Source: a virus. From it: a DNA stretch of 64,000 bases. The DNA lies in IMG/VR virus record IMGVR_UViG_2513237085_000001, positions 1,496 to 65,495 of that record; one strand, given 5' to 3'. Below are positions 35,940 through 44,654 of this stretch, piece after piece. The translations under genes and the position numbers were made by a program. The first letter of the stretch is position 1. Every line of letters begins with the position of its first letter. A model generated the notes under the pieces. That model was given only the letters and a program-made list of their open reading frames with translations, searched no databases and had not been told where the DNA came from.

Positions 35940-36515
35940 CTTTCCTCATGAGAATGTTGTGGAGGCTTGCGGACCTCCGCCTCTCGTGTTCGCCCCGAGA
36001 GCTTACGGCGGGCTTGGGTGCTCTGGTGCCTCGCGCTAGCGGTTGGCTTTCCGCTGCACTTCCTTCCGGCTTCATGGCGCACCGGCGATCGGCTCTTGGG
36101 AAACGGGGCCAGGCACTTTGTGCCGCCTTTGCCACGGAAGCGGCCGGTCATCAGCCGGCTTGCCCTTGGCCCCTCTTGGGTTGGAAAGACGCCGGGGAGG
36201 CCGAAGCCTCACGCGAAAACGCGCTCCCGAACGATTTATGAATTGATGCCCTAGTCGGACCCTTTCGGGTGAGGCTCTCACAAGGACTTTGCGCCACCAT
36301 TAACCGACTGTCAGGGTATCGACGGTTTCTCCGTCACGGCATCCCAGCTGGTTTCGGCCTCGTGGACCGCAACCCTTGGCGTGAGTGCGCGCCTGATCTG
36401 AATTTAAGACAGCGTTCTTTTTGTGCGATTGGCGGTGATAACCAATCCGGGGCCCGGCGAGTATTCCCTCTCAGAGAGGTCCGCGATCAGAACAGCCCAA
36501 ATCACCTTGGGCTGG
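35940..36515 (-). ncRNA. Putative large structured non-coding RNA / late-operon leader (family unassigned)
   Basis: About 580 nt with no credible ORF; more than 15 hand-verified helices including nested long-range pairs and UUCG/GAAA loops. Confidence 0.72.
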
Positions 36516-36518
36516 ATA

Positions 36519-37205
36519 TTACGCAACACGATCTATGGTTTCAAGCCCCTCATATGCCTCTAATTGCTCCAATTGCAGCAGCATCCCCATGACTTTGCTC
36601 TGCATCTCGGGTTTCATGTCCTTGATGGTGAGAAGAGCCTGGTCCTTGAGGTTGATCCGGTTGCCTCTGCCCTTCGGCAGGATCTTGCGGAGATTGCCGC
36701 GAAGCTGCATGACCTGGCCGGACGTCTCTGTCTGGATTCGGGTGATGCGCTCGCGGCGGAATTCCTGCCGGCGCGATAGCTCCTCGGCTGCGATGACAGC
36801 GAGATCGTCTCCGCTGAATCGGATCGGCCCGAACTCGGAACGAAGAAAGCAGACCACACCCTCGACGTCGCGCACCTTCTCGAAGTTCAGGTTTTCGAGG
36901 TTCACGAAGGCATAGCCGACCAGCAGCGGCAACCGGCGCTGGATGACCTTCCGGGTGCGGTGGTGAATGCTCTCGTACCAATAGGCCGGCATGTAGACGC
37001 TGATACCCTCGTTGCGGAGGTTGCGCTCGATGATGCTCTCTCCGACACGATGGACAGGTGCATCGGCGACATGACTGGCCATCCGCTGAGTACCGGGCGC
37101 TGTGCGGATAGCGTACCAGTCACGCCCTTTCAGACGCTTCCGTCTTTGCTCGATGATCTCGTTGAAATCCCGAGTGTCCTGTTCCTTCAGCTTCATCGCC
37201 GCCAT
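36519..37205 (-). CDS. NusG-family (NGN domain) transcription antiterminator, lacking a recognisable KOW domain
   Basis: WYAIRTAPG, GISVYMP, PLLVGYAFVNL, VRDVEGVVCFL, GPIRF; sits at the lambda-Q position upstream of the terminase genes. Confidence 0.88.
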   Translation of the reverse strand: MAAMKLKEQDTRDFNEIIEQRRKRLKGRDWYAIRTAPGTQRMASHVADAPVHRVGESIIERNLRNEGISVYMPAYWYESIHHRTRKVIQRRLPLLVGYAFVNLENLNFEKVRDVEGVVCFLRSEFGPIRFSGDDLAVIAAEELSRRQEFRRERITRIQTETSGQVMQLRGNLRKILPKGRGNRINLKDQALLTIKDMKPEMQSKVMGMLLQLEQLEAYEGLETIDRVA

Positions 37206-37237
37206 TTTCATTCCCTCTGTTTCGAGCCGCCGCTCGG

Positions 37238-37879
37238 TTATGCTGTGATTGTGAAAACTCTTTCCGGTTTTCCCGGAACATCGTCGTCGAAGACCGCGAT
37301 CGCCAGCTTGCCAGTCCAGACCGCCCCAGTGTCGAGATTGCACCGACCTTCCAAGATGATCGGACCGTCTTCGAATGGGGTATGGCCGTGAACGACGTAT
37401 CCCTCAGGATGGCTGAGGTCGCGGTGCTTGGTGCCCCGATACCAGAGCAGCATTGCTTCCGTCTGGTCGGCCATAGTCTTTGTGGGATCAACTCCGGCAT
37501 GAACGAAAATTCGCTCGCCATCCGAATGATACTGCGGCAAGGATTCCGCCCAGGTAATATATTCATCCGGCACAACACCGCCGAACGAAATCAAGGTCTC
37601 GCGTCCTCCGTTGCCGAGCCACCACGGCATATCCGCTTGCCCGCGGATGCACGCCACCATCATGTCTTCGTGGTTGCCTTTAAGGCATATCCAGCGCCAA
37701 CGATCATCCGTCGGGCCATGCATCAGACGATCCATCACTTGCTTCGAGGTTGGACCGCGATCGATATAGTCGCCGGTGAAGACGACTGTACCGCCGCTCT
37801 GGTTTGCCTCGATGCGCTCAAGAGCGGCATGCAGCAGATCGTACCTACCGTGAATATCTGCGATGACGTAGGTCTTCAT
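37238..37879 (-). CDS. Metallophosphoesterase (phage Ser/Thr phosphatase, NinI-like)
   Basis: ADIHG, GDYIDRG, GNHE, VHAG, HGHT, DTGA. Confidence 0.92.
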   Translation of the reverse strand: MKTYVIADIHGRYDLLHAALERIEANQSGGTVVFTGDYIDRGPTSKQVMDRLMHGPTDDRWRWICLKGNHEDMMVACIRGQADMPWWLGNGGRETLISFGGVVPDEYITWAESLPQYHSDGERIFVHAGVDPTKTMADQTEAMLLWYRGTKHRDLSHPEGYVVHGHTPFEDGPIILEGRCNLDTGAVWTGKLAIAVFDDDVPGKPERVFTITA

Positions 37880-38340
37880 CGTGCTGCCTCCATGATAGCC
37901 TCAGCAGCCGCAGCCGCCTTCTTCGGATTGTGATATCCGCGCTGAAGCTTTCCGGTGTATCCGCAGGCATCGCACATCGGATCGCTGCTGCCCGGATTGT
38001 TCCCGGCGACACACGCCTTGATGTACCTGGCCTTGCGGGTCTCGTAAGAACCGCAGACGCAGCGCACGACCCACTTCTGGCCGTTGCCGGTGATCTCGGC
38101 AGCGACACCCATCACCGTCAGCCGTCCGAGCCTTGCGCCCGTCAGATCGACGTAGTCGGGCCTCGACAGCTCGTTTTCCGTCGGGCGCCGGACGGCAAGC
38201 GGATCGGCGGAGTGGATCTTGGTGGCCTGGTTTGGCTCCCAATCGAAATGCTCTCCCCTTGCCGCTACCCGGCCGGCGACCTTGTCGCTCGGATAGAGCG
38301 GAGCGACGGCATCGAAATCAATTTTCGCTAGACGGGTCAT
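37876..38340 (-). CDS. Hypothetical Zn-binding protein
   Basis: DLTGARLGRLTV...WVVRCVCG and CDAC motifs; ATGA coupling. Confidence 0.7.
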   Translation of the reverse strand: MTRLAKIDFDAVAPLYPSDKVAGRVAARGEHFDWEPNQATKIHSADPLAVRRPTENELSRPDYVDLTGARLGRLTVMGVAAEITGNGQKWVVRCVCGSYETRKARYIKACVAGNNPGSSDPMCDACGYTGKLQRGYHNPKKAAAAAEAIMEAAR

Positions 38341-38828
38341 GCGGCAGCACTCCTTGCCATCTCGCGCTCAATCGCGTCTCTGGACGATGCGAAATCCTTG
38401 TGCACGATCCCGAACCCTCCCTCCTCGCGCCAAGCGGCAATGTTCCGCTCGAAGTCGTCGACTAGAATGTCGCCACGCGAATGCATGAACAGCGGCTTAT
38501 TGCGTCCACCCATGACCGGCAGGATGTGGCAGCTGGCGGATAGATGCTCTCGCACCCATTCCCGCTTCTGGCGGGCAACGTGAGGGTAATTCGACTTGGG
38601 GCACGCCGTCAGGATGATCGGGTCAAGCCATGAGATGCGGTCGAAGAATTCCTTGGCGCCGGCAAATATCGGCATGTCACGGAAATAGCTCGGGTGAGCG
38701 TTGATCGTCGACCACATCTCGTCATCGGCCAGGCCGCGATGGTCGAGCCCGAAGGTCGCCGGGAAATGGGCGTCGAAATTTGCCATGACGCCATCAAGGT
38801 CGAGATATAGGCGAGGTCTCTTGCTCAT
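38337..38828 (-). CDS. HAD-family 5'(3')-deoxyribonucleotidase-like protein
   Basis: YLDLDGV (DxD), ILTA, ILVDD...N...W...GG.GI.H. Confidence 0.85.
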   Translation of the reverse strand: MSKRPRLYLDLDGVMANFDAHFPATFGLDHRGLADDEMWSTINAHPSYFRDMPIFAGAKEFFDRISWLDPIILTACPKSNYPHVARQKREWVREHLSASCHILPVMGGRNKPLFMHSRGDILVDDFERNIAAWREEGGFGIVHKDFASSRDAIEREMARSAAA

Positions 38829-39424
38829 GCTGCACCCCTATCTGCTTTGACCTTCCGAACGGCATGGAGGATGGTTGTGTGATCGCGGCAGAAGAGCTTG
38901 CCTATGCTGGGCAGAGACAGGTCCTTGCGCTCGTCATAGACGGCTTCCATGCATGCCTGCCGTGGTCCGATCAGTTCACGGGTGCGGCGAACGCTTTTGA
39001 CATCCGACCAGGTCACGCCGGGAAACCCCTTCAGCACCTCCGCAACGATCTCGGGAACTGTCCGGCGGCGGTCCGTCACCTCCTCGCCATCGTCATTGAT
39101 CGACTTGATCAATTCAGCCTGGGAGAGGATGCGAGCGCGCGCATCCGCCAGATCAAGCTCGAGCCGATCAGCTCTCTGTTCGGTCTCGCGGAGATGCGGT
39201 TCGCGTTCCGCCACGAACCTGAGGCTGGATTGCGCCTTCGCGAGAGCCTTCTGCAACAGAGAAACCTCCTGCCGCAACTCGCTGATGGTCAGCGCATCAG
39301 CGGCCGCCTGGCTAACAACGATCGGCTTTTTCTCGCCTCGTGCTATCCGACTGCGGACATCGGCGTAATGCTGGGCCTGTGTATGCAACGCGTCATTGGC
39401 GAACTCTGTAGCGGCGACACTCAT
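38825..39424 (-). CDS. DnaA C-terminal HTH-domain protein
   Basis: Start MSVAATE via ATGA overlap; C-terminal VKSVRRTRELIGPRQ...LSLPSIGKLFCRDHTTILHAVRKV. Confidence 0.85.
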   Translation of the reverse strand: MSVAATEFANDALHTQAQHYADVRSRIARGEKKPIVVSQAAADALTISELRQEVSLLQKALAKAQSSLRFVAEREPHLRETEQRADRLELDLADARARILSQAELIKSINDDGEEVTDRRRTVPEIVAEVLKGFPGVTWSDVKSVRRTRELIGPRQACMEAVYDERKDLSLPSIGKLFCRDHTTILHAVRKVKADRGAA

Positions 39425-40191
39425 CTGAAACTCCGTTCTGCTCGCGCCATTTCGGCGGCTAGGTACTCTTCTCGGGACTGAAAATTCTGGAGATGGGCCA
39501 AGCTGTTTCCGCTCGGCCTTGTAGCCTGCGGCTTGTCGGGCGGCTTTGCCGGCTGGTCTTTCCATCGGTCTTCGGAGAGCCACGTCGCCGGATTGCACCA
39601 CTGGCGATCGTCGGTCTTGGCAGCGTATTCCCTAGCACCGCCGATGATCTCGCCGACGGTGGCGCGGCCCATGGCTTTGGAGAAGGCCTTCCGAGCCGCA
39701 GGCTCACCGACCTTGTTTGGATAGGCTTCCCAGAATTCATCGAAATCGGGCGCGCGCGCGTCTTCCGAACGAAGTGAGGACTGGCTTCTGGCTTCTGGCT
39801 TCTGGGCTTTATCATCCCCGTTAAGCTGGGGGTTAACCCCCGCCTTAAGAGTAGGATTGCCACCCTTGCGACCGTTGGCCTTATCCTGTTCGGCTTTTTC
39901 GACGTCGCGCATCATGCGCCGGCTGAAGATCGTGCCGTCTGGCTCGCGACTGAAAACTCCAGCCTCTTCAAGTTCTTGAAGCAATGCCCCTATATTTGAG
40001 CATCCTGCCAGGATCGCCAGTTGCTTATCGGATACGGCCTTGCCGTTCACCCTGAGCGTTCCCCGCGGATTCGCCTCATGCATTAAGCAGAGCATCTCGA
40101 TCCAGAGCCCACGCGCGGCGATGGAGCACATGCGCAGTGAAGGATCTGCGCGCCAGTCGGAAGGGAAGAATTTTAACCAAGGCGCGCTCAT
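39421..40191 (-). CDS. Phage replication initiator (YdaU/DUF1376-like)
   Basis: PWLKFFPSDWRAD...ARGLWIEML; FDEFWEAYP.KVG...A.KAF; internal iterons. Confidence 0.85.
   Translation of the reverse strand: MSAPWLKFFPSDWRADPSLRMCSIAARGLWIEMLCLMHEANPRGTLRVNGKAVSDKQLAILAGCSNIGALLQELEEAGVFSREPDGTIFSRRMMRDVEKAEQDKANGRKGGNPTLKAGVNPQLNGDDKAQKPEARSQSSLRSEDARAPDFDEFWEAYPNKVGEPAARKAFSKAMGRATVGEIIGGAREYAAKTDDRQWCNPATWLSEDRWKDQPAKPPDKPQATRPSGNSLAHLQNFQSREEYLAAEMARAERSFR
39781..39841. repeat. Putative replication-origin iterons and palindrome
   Basis: CTGGCTT x3 tandem (39781-39801) plus a partial copy; perfect 14-bp palindrome GGGGGTTAACCCCC (39828-39841). Confidence 0.65.
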
Positions 40192-40637
40192 GCTGATCTC
40201 TCGAAAAGAAGCTTATCCTGCGTGGGGTGGCGATCGACGCGCGGGCGAGACGGAGCGCTCCACGAGCGTCCTTTGACTTCGCCGATCTGGCGCCAGCCGG
40301 CGGCCTTCAACGTCGTTCCCGGCTCGCTGGCAAGGATGTAGGTTCCGATCCGACGATAACCGAGGGCGAATCCAGCCCGCGCAGCTGCGCCGTAGAGGAA
40401 CGAGCAAGCGTTCTTCGTGCCGTCCGTGGCGAGGCGCGTCACCTCGAGCGTCCAGCCGTTGTCGCGGACGCGGGAGACCGGGCGGCCGACAATGACCACA
40501 CCGACGATATCGTTGTCCTTCACGCAGCCGAGGCTGAATTTGTGGCCGACGACAGGCGGGTGATGCCGATGGAAGAACGACACCCAGTCGTTGGCGCTCT
40601 CCAGATCCATTGGCACGACGAACAATTCTTTGCTCAT
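40188..40637 (-). CDS. XF1762-family protein (GNAT-like fold)
   Basis: HRHHPPVVGHKFSLG, VGRPVSR, LEVTRLATDGTKNACSFLYGAA, TYILASEPGTTLKAAGW. Confidence 0.8.
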   Translation of the reverse strand: MSKELFVVPMDLESANDWVSFFHRHHPPVVGHKFSLGCVKDNDIVGVVIVGRPVSRVRDNGWTLEVTRLATDGTKNACSFLYGAAARAGFALGYRRIGTYILASEPGTTLKAAGWRQIGEVKGRSWSAPSRPRVDRHPTQDKLLFERSA

Positions 40638-41002
40638 GCGGCATCCCTCACCGTCACCGTGCAGGGAACACCCTCTTCCACCCATCTCGCATTGATGGCG
40701 ACGACCTGGCTATCGTCGTCGATCGTCTTCGTTGAGGTGAGCAAATCCAGAAGTGCTTTCAGGATGTTGTCCAAGTCCCTGCGCTTGCTGGCTGGGCGAT
40801 AAGCAGCAACATGGACCTCGACTGGACCGAGAAAGCACATGTGAGAGCCAAGGCGGTTTCGTTGAGCGATCAGCATCCAGCCGGCTTCAAATGCCCACTG
40901 ACGAGCTTCCTTCGTCTTCACGCGGCCTTTGCCTGGAAGGTTCGAATACATTTTGTTTACCGACGGCGGCATTGGAAGTTCGAAGGAGACAACACGCGTC
41001 AT
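40634..41002 (-). CDS. rusA: Holliday junction resolvase RusA
   Basis: LPMPPSVN, RRDLDNILKALLDLL, IDDDSQV. Confidence 0.9.
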   Translation of the reverse strand: MTRVVSFELPMPPSVNKMYSNLPGKGRVKTKEARQWAFEAGWMLIAQRNRLGSHMCFLGPVEVHVAAYRPASKRRDLDNILKALLDLLTSTKTIDDDSQVVAINARWVEEGVPCTVTVRDAA

Positions 41003-41793
41003 GCGTTCTTCCTCTTCGGAAGTTCGATCCCGGTTTCATTCAAAACTTTTCGGATGCGATTTCCTGTGTCCTCGATCATCTGCAGCATCGAGACCGGGCT
41101 CGACCAGCTCTCATGGAGGCCCAGCTTTGCGGCCACGGCGACAGCCTTGCAGAGGCTATCAATGTCCCAACTGTTAAGCTCGTGGCCGTATTGAGCTTCC
41201 ATCGCATGCAGGAGCTTCAAAGCTGCGTCCCGGCTGCCAGCGCGGCGCGCGACCTCTGCCTCAATCTGGTTCTTGCGATCCTTGTCCCAGCGCTCACGAG
41301 CTTCGTTCACGGCCTGGGCGATAGCCGCGACGTCACGCTCGCCGGCTCGGCGCACCACAGATGCAACGAAAGCTGGCGTGAGCGGTCTGGCTTCCAGCAT
41401 TGGAGCTTGGCGCGCCTTGCGGATCGCGCCGTCTTTGAACCAGTAAATGCCCCAGGTGGCCGGAACCTCGTCGGGCTTTACCATATTGGCCGGACACACG
41501 AGTGACCACCGATGGCAATACTGCATGATCGGCATAGCCTTTTCCGGATTCTTCATCTCGTTGAGGAAGTCCGACCTGCTGACCTTCACCTCGAAGCCGT
41601 GGATCTCATGTCCCGTTGAGGGCCAAACGCCCATGGCAACCGCATCGGCATAGCTTTTGATGCCGTAGCCAGTCGCGTTCGAAACCTCGAAGAATGTCTG
41701 GAAGGCCGGCGGAGCGAAAAGGCTCGCGATCGCGGCTTTGACGTCCTTCGAGCTGACGTTTTTCGTGGTCTCGATATTGAGCGTGTCTGTCAT
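40999..41793 (-). CDS. MmcB-like PD-(D/E)XK nuclease
   Basis: FFEV, YADAVAMG, HGFEVKVSRSDFLNE, VPATWGI. Confidence 0.75.
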   Translation of the reverse strand: MTDTLNIETTKNVSSKDVKAAIASLFAPPAFQTFFEVSNATGYGIKSYADAVAMGVWPSTGHEIHGFEVKVSRSDFLNEMKNPEKAMPIMQYCHRWSLVCPANMVKPDEVPATWGIYWFKDGAIRKARQAPMLEARPLTPAFVASVVRRAGERDVAAIAQAVNEARERWDKDRKNQIEAEVARRAGSRDAALKLLHAMEAQYGHELNSWDIDSLCKAVAVAAKLGLHESWSSPVSMLQMIEDTGNRIRKVLNETGIELPKRKNA

Positions 41794-41945
41794 GCGCGCC
41801 TCCGGCTACGCTGGACGCGCTGCTGGTGCCGGCGCTCCATCGCTTCGTTGATGAGGCGATCGGCCTCAGATGGCGTGATGCCGAGGGCTTCGGCGATACG
41901 CTCGACGTCGGGTCCGTGGAGGGCGTAGGCTTCGAGGAAGGTCAT
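41790..41945 (-). CDS. Small HTH-like protein (51 aa, not in ORF track)
   Basis: MTFLEAYALHGPDVERIAEALGITPSEADRLI...; ATGA overlaps at both ends. Confidence 0.6.
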   Translation of the reverse strand: MTFLEAYALHGPDVERIAEALGITPSEADRLINEAMERRHQQRVQRSRRRA

Positions 41946-43081
41946 GCTGCCTCCTCTTCATCTTCAACTGGGGTCGGTGCGCCGGCGATCCGCCGCTGGG
42001 CAATGTCGGCATATTCCGGCTTCAGCTCGATCAGCGCGCTACGATAGCCATGTTGCTCAGCGACCACCGCCACCGTCCCTGACCCGCCGAAAGGGTCAAG
42101 CACGACGCCTGGGACGCGATCGAAGGTCTCGCAGATCGGGCCGCAGCCTTCAGCAGCACCGCAGCAACCGCACACCGTCTTAGGTGTCCCGGCCAAGATG
42201 CAGCGGCGGGCGAGCTCGCGTGGGAATGTCGCGAAGTGAGCGCCTCGGTAACCTTCGATGTTGAAGGTCCAGACGTTCCTGCCATTGCGGAGATCAGGCA
42301 CATAGGTCTCGACCCATGTCCCTTCCCGGTTCTGGCCCGCCGTGCTGCCCTTGGCCGGCTTGCACTGGCCATCCTTGCGGCGAGCATGAGCATTCCCGGT
42401 CGTCGGCTCTTTCAGAGATTCGGCGTCGAAAAAGTAACGCTCGCTCTTCGTCAGCAGCCAGATCTTCTCGTGTACGGCCGCCGGCCGGTCGTCGATGGAC
42501 TCGGGCTTCGGATTAGTCTTGTTCCAGATGATCTCGGAACGAACCCACCAACCGTCATCCTGCAACGCGATCGCCAGCCGGTTCGGGATCATGCATAGGT
42601 CCTTCGGCTTCATGAAGCCGCCGGCGACAACGCGGCCGCCGCTCTCTATGTGTGATTGGCGATCGCCAGACGAGAATGCTCCCCTCGCCTTCGAATGGTT
42701 CGGGTCGTAGACCGGCCCGACGGTTGAGAACGGCTTATCTCTGAAGGTCCGATCGTCGCTACCGTCGGCCTTGTAAGCAGCCGCAGATTTTCCGTTCGGC
42801 TGGGCGGCGTAGCAATCGCCGTAATTCATCCAGGCAGTGCCATGAGCTTTCAGGATGCGGCGGACCTCGCGGAAGACGTTGACCATGACATCGAGGTGCT
42901 CGCCGAGCGTCGGCTCAAGCCCGATCTGGCCGGCTACGCCGTAATCGCGAAGGCCCCAGTAGGGAGGAGACGTCACGACACAGTCGACCGAGTTCGCAGG
43001 CATGGAGCGCATAGCCTCGATGCAATCGCCAACATAGATCTTGCAGCGGCCGTCGAGGATGGAACGGGTTTCTATGGTCAC
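41942..43081 (-). CDS. DNA methyltransferase (beta class, N4-C/N6-A)
   Basis: VVTSPPY catalytic motif, HFATFP, VLDPFGGSGT SAM motif. Confidence 0.92.
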   Translation of the reverse strand: MTIETRSILDGRCKIYVGDCIEAMRSMPANSVDCVVTSPPYWGLRDYGVAGQIGLEPTLGEHLDVMVNVFREVRRILKAHGTAWMNYGDCYAAQPNGKSAAAYKADGSDDRTFRDKPFSTVGPVYDPNHSKARGAFSSGDRQSHIESGGRVVAGGFMKPKDLCMIPNRLAIALQDDGWWVRSEIIWNKTNPKPESIDDRPAAVHEKIWLLTKSERYFFDAESLKEPTTGNAHARRKDGQCKPAKGSTAGQNREGTWVETYVPDLRNGRNVWTFNIEGYRGAHFATFPRELARRCILAGTPKTVCGCCGAAEGCGPICETFDRVPGVVLDPFGGSGTVAVVAEQHGYRSALIELKPEYADIAQRRIAGAPTPVEDEEEAA

Positions 43082-44457
43082 CAGACCTTCCTCCCGCTCT
43101 TCCAGACTTTCAGCGTGATCGTGTTGACGTTTGTCCCCACGCTCGCGAAGGAATTCATAGGGTTGTCAGAGAACACGCCGTTGAGCTTGGCGATGTGATC
43201 GCGGAAAGCGATGGCCTTACGGGTTTCGGCGAACTCGGTGTGGGCCGACATGATCGCGACCATCAGACCATCATCTTTGAGGAACTTGAGGGCGTGCATG
43301 ACGTGGTCGATATCGCGCTCGCGATCGAACGGCGGGTTCATGATGACGCGGTCGTAGAGGCCGGTCGCCGACGGATTGATCGCGAGGAAGTCTGCGCAGA
43401 TCACGCGGCCGTAGCTGCCAGCCGCTCTCAGATTATTCGCCAGGTCTGGTTGGCATTCGATGCAGTCAACAACGGTGCTCTCCCGCCGAGCTCGCTTGGA
43501 AAGTTGCCCCGTGCCGGCAGATGGCTCCAGAACGCGAAGGGTGCCCTCGCGGTGATAGAGGCTGGCGACGTCGATCGTGCGCTCTGCGAGACTGTCGGGC
43601 GTCGGGAAAAAGCCGAAATTCTTCGCCATCTCCCTTTTGGGATCATGTAGGCCGCCGTCATCCTCATGCTGGCGCTCTTCCGGGATTACCTCACCGTAGT
43701 ATTCGCCGATCATGCGGTTCGCCTTGGCGACCAGGTCGTCACGTTTGAACCACAGATGAGCGTTGCCGTTCTTGAATATCCGGACGGTATAGAACTCGCT
43801 ATGCACCTCCGTCTGCCGGGCACCGCGACCATCGAGGCGGCGCGCGTTGTCCAACTCGCCCACGATGCCGGCGTAGTCTGCGACTGGCTTTCGCCCATCG
43901 AGGATGAGAAAGGTGCGCTCGATGTCCTGCAAGGTGGACCGATGGTCACGGTGATAGTTCCACCAGCCGTCGACACCGAACATATTGTTGAGGATGACGC
44001 GGCTGCCGATCTTCCAGCCCGAATGCGAGCGGAAGCGCCGATCGAGGTTAGAAAACATCTCCGCGATGCCGCGCCGGAAGATCATCCCTGCTTCAGCCGC
44101 GAAGTGCTCGATCGTGGCGTAGGCATTCTCCTCGGTGAATTCGGGGGCGTCGGTCATGAGCTGCTGGCGCAACTCGTCCTTCGCCTTCTTGTCCATGAGA
44201 TGGTTGAGCTCGGTCGAGTGAATGACCGAGTCCCAGACGCGACCGTCGATATAGTGGCGGTCGGTCAGGTCCTTGACCTCCCTAGTTGAGAACAGGCCGG
44301 CCGCGAATGGCGCTGCCACCTTGAGCATCGCGACGGCTTCATCCATCTGCTCTTTGGCTTCAGCTTCGGCCGCCCTCGCCCGCTGGAAAGCGGAAAGAGC
44401 TGCGTCACGGTGTCGGGCAATCTCGGCGATCGAAGCGCGGGTGATAAGCTGGTTCAT
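43078..44457 (-). CDS. DUF4942 domain plus N6-adenine methyltransferase
   Basis: RVLEPSAGTG, VIMNPPF, FRSH..WKIGSRVIL, FKNGNAHLWF. Confidence 0.88.
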   Translation of the reverse strand: MNQLITRASIAEIARHRDAALSAFQRARAAEAEAKEQMDEAVAMLKVAAPFAAGLFSTREVKDLTDRHYIDGRVWDSVIHSTELNHLMDKKAKDELRQQLMTDAPEFTEENAYATIEHFAAEAGMIFRRGIAEMFSNLDRRFRSHSGWKIGSRVILNNMFGVDGWWNYHRDHRSTLQDIERTFLILDGRKPVADYAGIVGELDNARRLDGRGARQTEVHSEFYTVRIFKNGNAHLWFKRDDLVAKANRMIGEYYGEVIPEERQHEDDGGLHDPKREMAKNFGFFPTPDSLAERTIDVASLYHREGTLRVLEPSAGTGQLSKRARRESTVVDCIECQPDLANNLRAAGSYGRVICADFLAINPSATGLYDRVIMNPPFDRERDIDHVMHALKFLKDDGLMVAIMSAHTEFAETRKAIAFRDHIAKLNGVFSDNPMNSFASVGTNVNTITLKVWKSGRKVW

Positions 44458-44654
44458 GCCACGCTCTCCCGACGCTCAAGCGCCTTCACATATGCCGCCT
44501 TGATCTCCTCAAAGCGGGCGATGTCGTATTCCTTGGTTTCGATCTCGTGCTGAGGACGAGGACGCTTTGAGCCCTTGCCGTGGTCGTCGAGCCAGGCCAT
44601 GGCGGAGGCGATGCGGCGATCGAGCCAGGCAATCATCTCGGAGGGTTCGGTCAT
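44454..44654 (-). CDS. Small hypothetical protein
   Basis: ATGA coupling at both ends. Confidence 0.6.
   Translation of the reverse strand: MTEPSEMIAWLDRRIASAMAWLDDHGKGSKRPRPQHEIETKEYDIARFEEIKAAYVKALERRESVA

Noticed and set aside
36143-36159. CUGAUGA as a hammerhead ribozyme core
   Set aside because: It forms the loop of a single hairpin (GCCGG/CCGGC). There is no following stem II plus GAAA or NUH site in the required geometry.
36060-36300. c-di-GMP-I riboswitch, group II intron (GUGCG) or RNase P resemblance
   Set aside because: Only isolated words (GGCAAA, GCAAAG, GUGCGCC, AAAGUCC) match. No domain V, P4 or GEMM order was found by eye, and no intron-encoded protein is present. A covariance search is still needed.
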